Positions 1 through 14,936 of a DNA stretch of 64,000 bases are shown here, piece after piece. The position numbers and the translations under genes are program-made. Source of the DNA: Eledone cirrhosa (taxonomy: Eukaryota). The notes below the pieces were generated by a model. The model worked only from the letters and a program-made list of their open reading frames with translations. It ran no database searches and was not told where the DNA came from. The stretch is taken from the NCBI GenBank assembly GCA_964016885.1, contig OZ024755.1:12648001-12712000 (forward strand), in the 5' to 3' direction. Every line of letters starts with the position of its first letter. Position 1 is the stretch's first letter.

Positions 1-430
1 ATAATTTTGAAATAATCAAGAATTTGGTCTTTGGTACTTTACTTAACAAAGGTTCTTACATAAAATTATGCTGGAGCATTTTAGATAAATATAAATACTT
101 AAGAATAAATGGATTTGTATCATGGAACCAGGAGTGGTTTCAAGTGATTTCGTTCCTAAAGAGTTAATAGCGCTTACCCTTACATTATCATATTTTTAAT
201 GAAGGACTTCGCTAATGATCTTCAAAGAATTTTGTGAAAATAATCTAAAATTTGGAAAAATGTTGTAATATAACTAATCTTCTCTTCATGAAGCTGTTAT
301 TTGGAGCTTAACTTAACAACGGTTCATGCATGAATGTATGAAATTATATAATATAAACATTTTAAGACAAACAGTTGTGTATCTTAGAACCAAAGGCGGT
401 TCCAGGCGGTTTCACTTCAAAAGGGGTTAA
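1..430. mobile_element. Two diverged copies of a TTAA-ended (piggyBac-like) MITE
   Basis: 20-168 aligns with 290-430; they end aagagTTAA and aggggTTAA. Confidence 0.4.
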
Positions 431-1274
431 TCAGGGACATGCATAATATCGATTTTCTCATTTTGAGACATCATTTGATATAAAATGTGTCGGTATGCAT
501 AAACATATTTGTTCGAAAATTGAGAGTGGGGTAGGTAAAAGAACGAAAGAGATAAAGACAGGGAGTGGAGTGGATCAGGAAAGGAAAGAGAAGGTGTAGA
601 TAAAAGATGGAAAGAGTGATGGGGAAATATAACATTTAGAATATTAAAAAGAGAAAGAAAACTAACATAAAAATATATCAGTAGAATATCAATATATGAT
701 TTGCTCGCTCAAAGAATGTCGTTGATTGAATCAGCAAAACAACAACAACAACATTCTGAAGGTTTAGTTCCGTGTATGGATCCGGGAAAAAAACCAATAG
801 AATATTGTCAGAGAATGAATTCCGGGTTCTAATGAAATAATATGATTGGTTTACACACACAAACACACACACACCCATACACACATACACATACACACTC
901 ACTCACTCACTCACAGAGAGGAGGGAGAGAACAGGAATTTCACACTTTCATACGCAATTTATTCGTCCTGTTTTTCAGTAAAGAATAAAAAAAAACCTAT
1001 GCATGCTTTTCTCTTCGTTGGTTTTGTGTTCAAAAACAATATAAATGACCTAATTTGTGTACATTGATTCCACATTCTGCACTGTCAGTCTAAAACTATT
1101 GATTTTTAGAGCACACTTTCAATATATTTGAACTTTTAAGTGACAGAAACTACCATATATGTTTTTTTTTACCTTTTATGACAGCCGAATTATCTGGATG
1201 TTTGAGTAGCAGTCTTACAACCTGTTTATAAGATATATCTTACCACTCATGAGTGAAACTAGGTAAACTGAAAC

Positions 1275-1632
1275 TGTGTGGAAGAACGTGTGTGAAGACC
1301 GTGTGTGAAGGACCGTGTGTGAAGGACCGTGTGTGAAGGACCGTGTGTGAAGGACCGTGTGTGAAGGACCGTATGTGAAGGACCGTGTGTGAAGGACCGT
1401 GTTTGGGAAGACCATGTGTGAAGACCGTGTTTGGAAGACCGTGTGTGAAGGACCGTGTGTGGAAGACCGTGTGTGGAAGACCGTGTGTGAAGGACCGTGT
1501 GTGGAAGACCGTGTGTGGAAGACCGTGTGTGAAGGACCGTGTGTGGAAGGCCGTGTGTGGAAGACCGTGTGTGAAGGACCGTGTGTGGAAGACCGTGTGT
1601 GGAAGACCGTGTGTGAAGGACCGTGTGTGGAA
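1275..1632. repeat. 14-bp minisatellite (gtgtgaaggaccgt / gtgtggaagaccgt), about 25 units
   Basis: Direct inspection; the array runs straight into a truncated SINE. Confidence 0.95.
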
Positions 1633-1968
1633 GGTTTGCCTTTCATCCTAACGGTCGATAAACTAAAGTACCAGTAACATACTGGTCGATTTAATCGACT
1701 TTCCCTTCTCCCCAAATTGCTGGCCTTGTGTCTATAGTAGAAACCATTGCAGTATCGGTAGAGGGTCAGACACCATGCTTTGCAGCATAGAGTTACGGCC
1801 CTTATGAACTGAGTTCAAATCCTGCCAAAGGTTGACTTTGCCTTTCATCCTTACGGGGTCGATAAAATAAAGCACCAGTAATGCACTGGATAATTGCTGG
1901 CCTTGTGCCAAAAGTAGAAACAATTATTATTATTATTATCATTATTATTATTATTATTATTATCATCA
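1632..1968 (+). mobile_element. Two tandem tRNA-derived SINE copies (young family) with (ATT)n tail
   Basis: A-box-like tgcagtatcgg, B-box gagttcaaatcc, central ctttgcctttcatccttacggggtcgataaaataaag, 3' end ggccttgtgccaaaagtagaaacaattatt. Confidence 0.9.
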
Positions 1969-2396
1969 TTTGTTTGTGTTTTAAGCCAAGTATTCTCTAT
2001 AATAAAATATCCGTTTGAAAACACCATCCCAGACGAACATTTCCGCTTGTGGAACTTTCTTGGCTTTTCTATGCATTCTGACACGAGTACAGAGCGAGGG
2101 CATTTAGTATAATATAAATTGAATTATACGTTAAGATTGTTTTAGGGGAAGTCAGTACAATGGAAGTTAGAAAGAAGAAAAAAGTGAAAACTAAAATATA
2201 ATTAATGCAAGGATTGTAGATTCGATTGAATTTGTTATTTTGTATTTATCTTGTGTTTACTGGGAACAAAGAAATGTAGTTTATGAGAGTCAGTTGAGAA
2301 GTTCATAGGCTGACTATGAAGGAGTGATGCTAGAGCTGTGAAATCTTGCATGTATTAATTTCAACTTTAAAAATATACATCGTTTGGTCATTATAT

Positions 2397-2620
2397 AAAG
2401 GGCGGTGGATAGGCCAAAGGGCGGTGGATAGGCCAAAGGGCGGTGGATAGGCCAAAGGGCGGTGGATTGGCAGTATCAGTAGAGGGTCTGACACCATACT
2501 TTGCAGCATGATCTGAGTTCAAATCCCGCCGAGGTTAACTTTGCCTTTCATCGATAAAACAAAGTACCAGTAATGCACTGGGATAATTGCTGGCCTTGTG
2601 CCAAAAGTAGAAACAATTAT
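2397..2620 (+). mobile_element. Young SINE copy with triplicated 19-bp 5' end and internal deletions
   Basis: (aaagggcggtggataggcc)x3 followed by the SINE consensus. Confidence 0.85.
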
Positions 2621-3244
2621 ATATGTTTGTATATTTGTGTGTCTATGTCTGTATTTGTTTATGTTTGTATTTATGAGAGTGCGGTTATGTGTTTGTAAGC
2701 TTGTGTGTGTGTGTCCACTATGTTGTATGTCAAAGATGTAAGACATTTTAATGTAGTTTTCCTATGTCTGTTTGTTTCTGGCTGCTCTACTGTTTCCCAT
2801 ACATATTTCCCAGTAGCTGTTATTTCCTATCTACTGTACACACTAGAGAAGAGTAGTAAACACACCCTTAATTATACTAAATCACAATGGTGTATACCAG
2901 GGGCGGTTGACGACGGATAAAGATTCACTTGTATGTTCGGTGTTCGTTCTCTGTATTTTTCCCATCCAGGTGTGCAATTCTCTCAATATATGTGTGTGTA
3001 GGGGGAGCAATATCCGTTGGTGGGAAAAGGAGAAAACGGAAAGAGAGTAGAAATATTATATTATTGATTTATGTTCCTTGTATGAACATAAATATATAAT
3101 ATAATTGTTTCTACTTTTGGCACAAGGCCAGCAATTATTCCAGTGTATTACTGGTACTTATGTATGTATGTATGTATGTATGTATGTATGTATGTATGTA
3201 TGTATGTATGTATGTATGTATGTATGTATCTGTGTATGGTTAAA

Positions 3245-3470
3245 CCACTGGGAGTGAAGGACCCCCTAGCCTTTGTCAGGACATTCTTCTAGGAGAAGGC
3301 ATCTCAGGAAACTGGGATAACTCCGATATAAAACCTGCAGCTCAGTAGTTACCGATGATGTTGATCTTTTCTTCTTTTCGGGTTATAGCTACTGTCGCTC
3401 AGAGAGTGGGATTGGCTCAGTGCACAGTCTTTCCTCACTTTAAAAAAATCTTCACGCACAGGCATTGCTA
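3245..3470 (+). mobile_element. Fragment of the RTE-like non-autonomous element
   Basis: Aligns with 57890-58090 (gacccc.tagcctttgtca...ttctaggagaagg...gagagtggga.tggct...gcacaggcattgct). Confidence 0.65.
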
Positions 3471-4024
3471 ATTATTAATAATCTTATATCATATGTATGT
3501 ATGTATGTAGATAGCACAATCATATGTACCTTTTCTGTTTTCTATCCATTCTGTATTTATTGTTTAATTTAGTCTTAAATTTTATGACTGACACAGAAGG
3601 CTTGTGACTTAGTAGTTAGTGTAACCGACTCTAGATCGTAAGGTTTCACGTTGCTTTAGTCCACCCAGTTTTAATTCAAAGGGTCAGGCTTGTCACACGT
3701 TAAATCCTGTTGGATCCCTCCGAGGTGCATGTGTTTGTGAAATTTCACGTCAGGCTTTTTCATTGTTCGAACAAATGAAAAGATCCTCGTCGAAACCGAC
3801 GGATGCCCAACAAGGCTGAAAATGTTCACTTTATAGTTTGAGACAGCTGACACCTTTTATTTGCAATTACATGTCCATATTCTGGTATAAAATGTTCTTT
3901 GATATTATATATATCTCGAAGCCTCTAACTGTGTCTACTAGAATGATTAAAGAGGAATTAATAGTAGCAAGTTTGACCTTGGTTTAAATACCAATAATTT
4001 ACAAGACAATATATATAACGTATA

Positions 4025-4200
4025 AGGTTGGCAGATTAGTTAGAGAGTCAGACAAAATGATTGCGGCGTTTAGTTTAAGGTTCTTTAAGTTCTGAGTTCA
4101 AACCATGCCGAGTTCAATTTTGCTTTTCACTCTTCCGAGGGTTGATACAATAAAATAACAGTCAAACACTGTGATGTATTTAATCGACTCCCGCCACCAT
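4025..4200 (+). mobile_element. Diverged copy of the tRNA SINE
   Basis: ttggcagattagttagag...ctgagttcaaaccatgccgag...ttgcttttcactcttccgagggttgatacaataaaa. Confidence 0.7.
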
Positions 4201-4429
4201 TTCATATATTGAAACAAATGTAAAAAATGTACTTTTATATTCTATATTCTATGAGCTCTCTGGCTGCGGTTAAATGAAAAGACTAATGAGAAATTAATTG
4301 TAGTTGAATACACAAGTTTGAACTAGGTTTGAATATCATAATCTGTATGACAATATATATGTGTGTTGTATGATAATTTCGTATCTTTTCCCGGCTATGT
4401 AAATGTTAAGAGACATCTATTCGTTATGT

Positions 4430-4902
4430 GAAGGCACGTGGCTTAGTGGTTAGCTTGTTCGTCTCACAATTGTAAGGCCATCGTTTCAGTTCCCTGCAGT
4501 CTGGTGTGTCCTTGACAAAGCGGTGGATTGGCAGTATCGGTAGAAGGTCGGAAACCATGCTCTCTAGCATAGAGTTACGGCCCTTGCCATTCTGAGTTCA
4601 AATCCTGCCGAGGTTTGCCTTTCTTTGCTTTTCATCCTTACGGGGTCGATAAAATAAAGTACCAGTAATGCACTGGTTCATTGCTGGCCTTGTGCCAAAA
4701 GTAGAAACAGTCATATTTCACGTCAATCTAGTTTACACAGCCGGAAATATATAGCTGTATTTGTAATTCAATGAGTCAGTCTTGTTACAAAGTCTGTCAT
4801 ACTGAATCTTCCTCAGAAATGTTCAGCCACTTGCACGTTAATTTCATGAGCAGGCTGTTTCGTTGATACAACACTCATCGTCGTAACCGACGGAGATCCA
4901 AC
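4430..4902 (+). mobile_element. Older tRNA-derived CORE-like SINE (host of a nested insertion)
   Basis: Head gaaggcacgtggcttagtggttag, then gtgtccttga, and tail cacttgcacgttaatttcatgagcaggctg...cgtcgtaaccgacgga. Confidence 0.7.
4517..4709 (+). mobile_element. Young SINE, full length, nested in an older CORE-like SINE
   Basis: Full consensus match. It interrupts gtgtccttga...tatttcacg of the host element spanning 4430-4900. Confidence 0.88.
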
Positions 4903-5034
4903 GCAATGCCATTTGTTGTTGTAAATGTTGAAACATGTCTGATATTTTCCTAGATATTTAATACGACTAAAATATATTTTTATATCTAAGTACTGGGGTG
5001 GCAGATTTAAACTTTACACTTTGCTCTTCTCCAT

Positions 5035-5820
5035 ATTCAACATCATCACTAGCATCATCAACATCATCATCACCATCACCATCACCATCACTATCATCAA
5101 CATAATCAACATTATCATCATCACCATCATCATCATAATCAACATTATCATCATCACCATCACCATCATCACTATCAATATCATCATCAATATCATCATC
5201 AACATAATCAACATCATCATCATCACCAACAACAAAATAATCACTGTGATCTTCAGCATAATTAACATCATCATCAGCAGCATCATCAAGAATAAACAGA
5301 AGACAAAAGTCAGTTCTTTCCAGGCCCATCTCACAGGAAATTTGTCTGAGATCAATCTTCCACTTCCCCCACTTCACCCTCCACATACCCACCTAATGTT
5401 ACCACCACCACTACCACCACTACCACTACTACCATCACCACTACCACTACTACCATCACCATTACTACCACCACCACTACTACCACTACCACCACTACCA
5501 TCACCACTACTACCACCACTACCACTACCACCATTACCACCATCACCACCACCACCACTACCACCACTACCATCACCACTACCACTACCACCACTACCAT
5601 CACCACTACTACCATCACCATTACTACCATCACCACTACCACCCCTACTACTACCATCACCACTACCATCACCATTACTACCATCACCACTACCACTACC
5701 ACCACTACTACTACTACCATCACCACTACCATCACCACTACCATCACCACTACCACCACCACTACCACCACTACCACCACCACTACCACCACTACCATCA
5801 CCATTACTACCACCCCCATC
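5035..5820. repeat. (CAT)n then (CCA/CTA)n triplet repeats
   Basis: Direct inspection; explains the poly-D, poly-P and poly-V ORFs. Confidence 0.95.
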
Positions 5821-5851
5821 ACTGTCCTATCTACCACCGCCTCTGTCGCCA

Positions 5852-5968
5852 CGACCCGTAAGGATGAAAGGCAAAGTTAACCTCGACAGGATTTGAACTC
5901 AGACCGTAAAGGGACGTAACTCTATGCTGTAAAGCATGGCGTCCGACCCTCTACCGATACTGCCAATC
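5852..5968 (-). mobile_element. Young SINE, 5' half
   Basis: Reverse complement of the head and central domain. Confidence 0.85.
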
Positions 5969-6099
5969 AACAATAATAATAATAATAATATAGATAGGAA
6001 CAATAATTTCTTTATTAGCCAACAGGGGGCGCACAAATAGAAAAATGAGGAATTATAATTGTGATAGCAGCAATTATGATTATGATAAAACCGATTGAA

Positions 6100-6390
6100 G
6101 GAAGAGAAGTAATGGCAACAACAACAACAATAACAACAATAGCAGCACTAACAACAATAGCAACAACAGCAACAGAAACAACAAAATCAGCAATAATAAC
6201 AACAGCAACAACAACAGAAACAACAACAACCACAATAGCAACAACAGAACGGCGGCAATAGCTATAAAAACAGCAACAACAACAAAAAACAGCACCACCA
6301 ACAACAACAACAACAACAGAACGGCAACAGCTACAACAACAACAAAAACAACGACAACAACCATAGTAAAAACAAGCAACGCAATAATAA
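6100..6390. repeat. (CAA)n-type triplet repeat
   Basis: Direct inspection. Confidence 0.9.
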
Positions 6391-6636
6391 TGGCAGCTAT
6401 GAATTTATAAAGGAGAGAAATTAGGGAAAGAGTGGCAGATATTCAGTGAATTGTGTCTGACTTCTCCCAGGGGATCTAATATATATGTGATAATTATGAG
6501 GAAGTCGTGTGTATGTCGTCAGCAGGGAATATTCTAGAGAGGATTGGTTAGAGTAAGAAGGCAACGAAACGGTAAAGATTTTAAGACCGTTCATCCTTAA
6601 TGATCAATTGTGACTCACAAACACGAACACACATAA

Positions 6637-6670
<34 letters not shown>

Positions 6671-6727
6671 TTTTGAAAAAAGGAAAAGAATGACTTCACT
6701 TCTAGTTGTAAACAATTTGATTTAATT

Positions 6728-6778
<51 letters not shown>

Positions 6779-6788
6779 AACGTATATA

Positions 6789-6923
6789 CAGTGGAACCTC
6801 TGTTCATGAACCTAATTCGTTCCTGAATGTCGTTCGTCAAACGAGATGTTTTATTCGAAAAAACTGTTTATGAACCGATTTGCTCATGATGAGAGGCATT
6901 CGTGAACCTAGGTGCTATAACTG
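6789..6923. mobile_element. Tigger/pogo-like MITE
   Basis: TA-CAGTGGAACCTCTGTTCATGAAC on the left and a degenerate ttcgtgaacctaggtgctataactg on the right. Confidence 0.6.
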
Positions 6924-6954
6924 TTGAAATTGTTCGCCTGAAAATTCCAGTATG

Positions 6955-7270
6955 CGTCTGTTCTGAGACCCGTGACCTACTGGTTGTGTTAACCTTTACC
7001 TCTGTATGTAGCTGACACCAAGTCTCAATCGTCTATGAAGTCCAAAACCCGTTTGCCCCGATATTCGCAACCTACCGGTGGTATTAACCTTTACATATGT
7101 AAGTAGTTTACATATGTAAGTAGCTTACATCAGGTCTCAGTCTACTATAAAATCCAAGACGTCTGTCCTGATATTTGTCATCTACTGGTGGTGATGACTT
7201 CTACATCTGGACGTAACTTACGGCACTCTCCGTCAACTATTAATATCAAAGACACGTCTGTCCTTATATT
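6955..7270. repeat. Degenerate ~95-bp tandem repeat
   Basis: Recurring cctactggt.gt.ttaacctttac...gtctca.tc..ctat.aa.tccaa.ac. Confidence 0.55.
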
Positions 7271-7419
7271 CAACGGTTTCTTTGTTTCGCACTCCCACTA
7301 CGACTGTCTACATTCAACGGTAAAATATACTGTTAAGGGTGTGACTAGCCTAAAGTGTGTATCACTGCGGCGCTTACGAAAACCTTATCTCCAATGAAAT
7401 ATCAACTCTGTCAGTCAAA

Positions 7420-7847
7420 CGGTCAGCAGTTGCCAAGGTATCCGCAAAGGTAAGTATTGAGGATCCATGATATCAGAATATGCACGCATTATTGGCTATC
7501 AATTATTTTCTATCGATTATTTTTATTATCGCCGTATAACAAACTATCTGGAAGAACTTTGTAACAGGTAGATTATGGGATGTTTCCTTGAAATACAAAT
7601 GGGTCCTTCGTAGTGAAAAGCGGTCTTGGTTGTAAAAAAGGGTCCTTGGCTGTGAAAGGAGCCGTTGGTAGTGAAAGGAGCCCTTGATAGTGAAAAGAGG
7701 TCCTTGGTAGTGAAAAGAGGTCCTTGGTAGTGAAAAGAGGTCGTTGGTTATGAAAAGAGACCCTTGGTTATGAAAAGAGACCCTTGGTTGTGAAAATGGG
7801 TCCTTGGTAGGGAAAAGGGGTGCTTAGTGGCAAAAAACTACTGCACT
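7420..7847. mobile_element. hAT-like MITE remnant with a 20-bp subterminal tandem array
   Basis: About 11 copies of gtgaaaagaggtccttggta at 7600-7830, ending aaaaactactg. Confidence 0.4.
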
Positions 7848-8378
7848 AGATAAAGACGAAGTCTTTTGGGGAGGATTTAAAGTCATATATCAGGTTTTAC
7901 TTGTAGTAGCATTGTTAATTTATTGAGGGTTAAAGTAAGATTTGTATTTGATAATCATATTTACTAAATACTAATTGAAGTACGCACTGATTAATTTTTA
8001 GAAATTAAACATTATTTTTTGTTAGTAACACATCTCTAACATGTTCACTGATCTTTGCTGAAGTAATTTTAAAAAATGGCATTTTAAAAATTGAGCGTTT
8101 CTAGACCGTAAACAGATACAAAACAAATTAAACAGTTGGTCATTAGTGCGTTAAGAATGTTTTTGATATTGGTAACAACAACAACAGAGTATAAAAGAAT
8201 AAAAATAATGAACTTAGCCATAAATATTAGAGATGAAATAATGGCTAAAAATTAATTTTATTGACGTCACAGTTTACCTCCTGTCTCACACACATACACA
8301 CCTCTTTCATCGTGTAATATATCTAAACGCTCGAAACCACTACGGCGCCTCCTACAGCTTTATCAGGAGTTCAGGACC

Positions 8379-8578
8379 ATGTGGGTCAGCTAAAAAGTTA
8401 ATAGGTTGACGATGAAGGAGTGGTGCTAGGGCTGTGAAATCTTGCATGCATTAATTTCAACTCTTCTTATTAATAACCGCATTATTTCTTTCCAAGGACT
8501 ATGTTGAAAAATAATCCTCATTGGTTATTCCATGAGAGTATCTTGGTCAGCCTATGAAATTTTCAGTTGACACTGGTA
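8379..8578. mobile_element. Mariner-like MITE
   Basis: TIRs gggtcagctaaaaagttaataggttgac and gtcagcctatgaaattttcagttgacac. Partial copies at 2282-2366, 59575-59605 and 61915-62062. Confidence 0.65.
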
Positions 8579-8791
8579 TATAACACAAAGATGGTGAATT
8601 AGCAGAGTCGTTAGAACATTGAATAAAATATTTTGCTGTAAATGTCCCGCCTATATTGGGATGAGAGCATCACGTGGGGTGGAATCCCTGAAGCAGGTAA
8701 CTTATTCGCTATTCTGTTCACTGGGACCACGAAACAATACTATTTAGGAGAATAAGATAAGCACGTCTGTCATGTATATATATATATATAC

Positions 8792-8850
<59 letters not shown>

Positions 8851-8907
8851 TAAAAAAATAATGAATAAAACAATGAAACAGTTCCTTATATTGAACAAAA
8901 AAAGTTC

Positions 8908-9044
8908 ATTATTTAACGATCGTTTCTAGGACATATATGTGTTAGAATTGGCATGCATATTCAACAGATCTATGTACAAAATTATACAAACTATCAAATA
9001 TAATATACATACCAACACATACATATGCCGTCTTCAGAAATAAT
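8908..9044 (-). ncRNA. Hammerhead-like motif with long stem II (family B)
   Basis: Reverse complement reads attattt-CTGAAGA-cggcatatgtatgtgttgg...ctaacacatatatgtccta-GAAA-cgatcg-TT-aaataat. Stem I is a perfect 7 bp and stem III is palindromic; the base of stem II is irregular. Confidence 0.55.
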
Positions 9045-9194
9045 AATTATTTTTTTAACATTTTATCTTGACTCTGTATTCCGTTTATCTTTCACCGAAA
9101 GTGATTTTTGAATGCATCTCTTCTTTCCATGATATCCGGATTACATTGAGTTCTTCATACGGATTGGACACTACCGTAAACTTTTGGTAAATTT

Positions 9195-11010
<1,816 letters not shown>

Positions 11011-11091
11011 TCCTGGGTTATCTCTTTGACCATATATGGAATTACCCCTTGATAAGCTCGGCTATTTAAATACCAGAATAAATTTTCATTC

Positions 11092-11229
11092 AGTACAGAA
11101 TTAGCCGTCGAAACGGCTGAGCTCAGCCGTCGGTGTCTTACTTGTTCCTATTACCCACTCTACTACCCTAAGTATTGAGTACTTTGGTGCGTTGTGGTCC
11201 ACCTGGTTCCTTACCACATTTCCTTCGTT
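11092..11229. mobile_element. Copy of the GCCGTCGAAACGGC family element
   Basis: Reverse-complement match to 53803-53938; ends in a TA-rich tract. Confidence 0.65.
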
Positions 11230-11889
11230 ACATATACATTTATATATATATACTTATATACATATACATTTATATATATTTATATATATTTCCATGTTTT
11301 ATTGGTAGTGCACTGTATCTCCCTCTAGTGTGTTACCTTTTCAACATATTGTATTTTAAAGAGCTCAGGATTTCTTCTCCTTTGAGCACATTATTTACAG
11401 GGAATGGCGGAGGCTATGTCTCCGTTAATTTATCGTGATATTTCGCTCATTATAACAGTCTTCCCTCTCTCTCTGTTTCGTTGAGCACACTTCTCTGAGT
11501 GGGTTTGGGCTGCCCTTTCTAGCAACTCGTCCCTCAGAGGCCACTGCTTCACTGCCCTTAAACACGCTGTGAATTCTCTCTCCCATGTGTAGCTGGACAG
11601 TCACTTTTAAAATTCTCTTAGTGGTTGTCTGAAATGTATGGCCTTACACACGCTGAAGAACCGAGGTTATTCCATTTCTGTCAACAACTTACTGGCGAAA
11701 CAGATCTTTGGATTTGTACGTGTGTTATATAGTTATAGAGGTATTTATTTACGCTTTAATTTATATTTTTAATTATCGTGTCTATACTCTGCCTTTCATA
11801 GGATATAGTTTCCATACACTGGTGGTTTTTCTCTGTTTTATTGATAGCGCACTGTATCTCTCTCTAGTGTGTTACCTTTTCAACATATT

Positions 11890-12390
11890 GTATATATATA
11901 TACATATACATATTATACATATATACATATACATATATATATATTCATATACATATATATATACACATATATATACACATATATATACACATATACATAT
12001 ATACATATACATATATACATATATACATATACATATATACATATACATATATACATATACATATATACATATACATATACATATATACATATACATATAT
12101 ATATACATATATATATACATATATACATATATACATATACATATACACATATACATATACACATATACATATATACATATACATATATACATATACACAT
12201 ATACATATACACATATACATATACACATATACATATACACATATACATATACACATATACATATACACATATACATACACACATATACATACACACATAT
12301 ACATACACACATATACATACACACATATACATACACACATATACATACACATATATATATACATATACATATATACATATACATATATAC

Positions 12391-12427
<37 letters not shown>

Positions 12428-12555
12428 CGTATATATGTATATATATATATATATACGTATATATATATATATATATATACGTATATATATATACATACAT
12501 ATACGTATATATATATACATATGCAAAACTAATTCCTTATTCACACAGCCATGCT

Positions 12556-12650
<95 letters not shown>
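11890..12650. repeat. (TACATA)n-type and (GT)n microsatellites
   Basis: Direct inspection. Confidence 0.95.
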
Positions 12651-12653
<3 letters not shown>

Positions 12654-13044
12654 GCTACTCTATGTCTCGACACAGCTAACACTAGCATCCACTGCCACCA
12701 CTACTGTCACCTCATCAATTTACCATCACACACCCTCTCCTCCTTACAACAACAACAACAACAACAACAGCAACAACAGCACGTCAAGAGTTACCAGTAC
12801 TTTTAATGTCTCCACTCCAGCCTTAACAATATCACAACCACCACCATTATTGTCGTCACCCTCCTCCCCACTCCCGCTAATATAACCTACCAACACTCTC
12901 TTAACGAGACACAAACACACATGCACATACACACGCATGCATATACGCGCATACATACATACACATATAATATGTATTATATAAATTAATATATATACAC
13001 ACTGCAATGTGTGTGGGTGACAGAGAACGATGTGTGGAGTCAAT

Positions 13045-13108
13045 AAGAAAGAGAGGAGAGATATAGAGATAGAGAGAACTATATATAGAGAGAGAGTGAG
13101 AGAGATAA

Positions 13109-13151
<43 letters not shown>

Positions 13152-13350
13152 AAAGAGAGGAGAGATATAGAGATGGAGAGAACTATATATATATATAGAG
13201 AGAGAGAGTGAGAGAGATAAAGATATATATATATATATAAGAAAGAGAGGAGAGATATAGAGATGGAGAGAACTATATATATATAGAGAGAGAGAGAGTG
13301 AGAGAGATAAAGATATATATAAGAAAGAGAGGAGATAGAGATGGAGAGAA
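13045..13350. repeat. GA/TA compound tandem repeat, about 3.5 units
   Basis: aagaaagagaggagagatatagagatggagagaac(ta)n(ga)n gtgagagagataaaga(ta)n. Confidence 0.85.
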
Positions 13351-13399
13351 AGAGAGATTGAATGAGATAAAGTAGATATAAGAAAGTATCTATGTGGGT

Positions 13400-13492
<93 letters not shown>

Positions 13493-13839
13493 TCGTCTTA
13501 CATCAGCGTTTATACTTTGTTCGTGTATATTATCATCATCATCATTTTTATTAGTATTATTATTATTTATTACTCTTAGTAATATATTTGTTCCTCTTTT
13601 TTCTCACTCAGCAGAACATAGCGCGTGCGCACCCATATCACACACACACACACACATTCTCTCATTCTTTCTTTCTCACACACACATACACACAGAGGCT
13701 CACACACACACACAGACAAATGTGCAAATCTCGTAAGAAAAACTGTTACTGTACAAGGACGTAATGGCGTTATACTTTCTTTCTATTGAAATCATTATAT
13801 CTTCATTGATGACGTCGCCACTTTTTGACAGCACAAAGA

Positions 13840-14936
13840 CCTAGTCACAGTGTCAACCAAACTGTGAGTGACGGCGCCACCATTAAGGCTAACTAGCTAG
13901 CCACCAAGGGCACAATCACAATATGAACCATACAGAGACACTGTTACTATTAAGGCTAACTAGCTAGCCACCAAGGGCACAATCACAATATGAACCATAC
14001 AGAGACGCTGTTACTTTTAAGGCTAACTAGCTAGCCACCAAGGGCACAATCACAATATGAACCATACAGAGACACTGTTACTATTAAGGCTAACTAGCTA
14101 GCCACCAAGGGCACAATCACAATATGAACCATACATAGACACTGTTACTATTAAGGCTAACTAGCTAGCCACCAAGGGCACAATCACAATATGAACCATA
14201 CAGAGACACTGTTACTATTAAGGCTAACTAGCTAGCCACCAAGGGCACAATCACAATATGAACCATACAGAGACACTGTTACTATTAAGGTTAACTAGCT
14301 AGCCACCAAGGGCACAATCACAATATGAACCATACAGAGACACTGTTACTATTAAGGCTAACTAGCTAGCCGCCAAGGGCCCAGTTACAATGTCAATCAC
14401 AAGTGACGGCGCTACGATTAATCCCAACTAGGTAGCTTCCAAGGGCACAGTCAGAATATCAACCATACAGGGATGGTGTTACCATTAAGACTATCTAGGA
14501 AGCTGTCTAGGACGCAGTCTTAATATCAACCATACAGGGATGGTGTTACCATTAAGACTATCTAGGAAGCTGTCTAGGACGCAGTCTTAATATCAACCAT
14601 ACAGGGATGGTGTTACCATTAAACTATCTAGGAAGCTGTCTAGGACGCAGTCTTAATATCAACCATACAGGGACGGTGTTACCATTAAGACTATCTAGGA
14701 AGCTGTCTAGGACGCAGTCTTAATATCAACCATAGAGGGACGGTGTTACCATTATGTCCAACGAGGTAGCTTCCTAGAGCACAGTCAGTCACAGTATCAA
14801 CCATACAGAGACGATGTCACCATTAAGGCCAACTAGGTAGCCGTCTAGGGCCCAGTCACAGTATCAACCATACAGGGCAGTGCTACCATTGTGTCCAAGG
14901 TAGCTGCCTAAGGCACCGTCTTAATATCAATCATAC
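13840..14936. repeat. 67-bp minisatellite, about 16 units, two homogenised sub-arrays
   Basis: Unit starts at 13883, 13950 and 14017 give a 67-bp period. Type A occurs about 7 times, type B (ttaagactatctaggaagctgtctaggacgcag...) about 4 times. Confidence 0.95.

Noticed and set aside
1215-1715. Cys-rich repetitive ORFs (CEGPCVEDRVWKTV)
   Set aside because: They translate a 14-bp minisatellite that runs into a SINE and are open in several frames on both strands.
1747-1830. tRNA genes at the A/B-box motifs
   Set aside because: There is no cloverleaf, and every such motif continues into SINE body sequence.
13840-14936. CRISPR-like array
   Set aside because: The units are contiguous with no unique spacers, the context is eukaryotic, and there are no cas genes.
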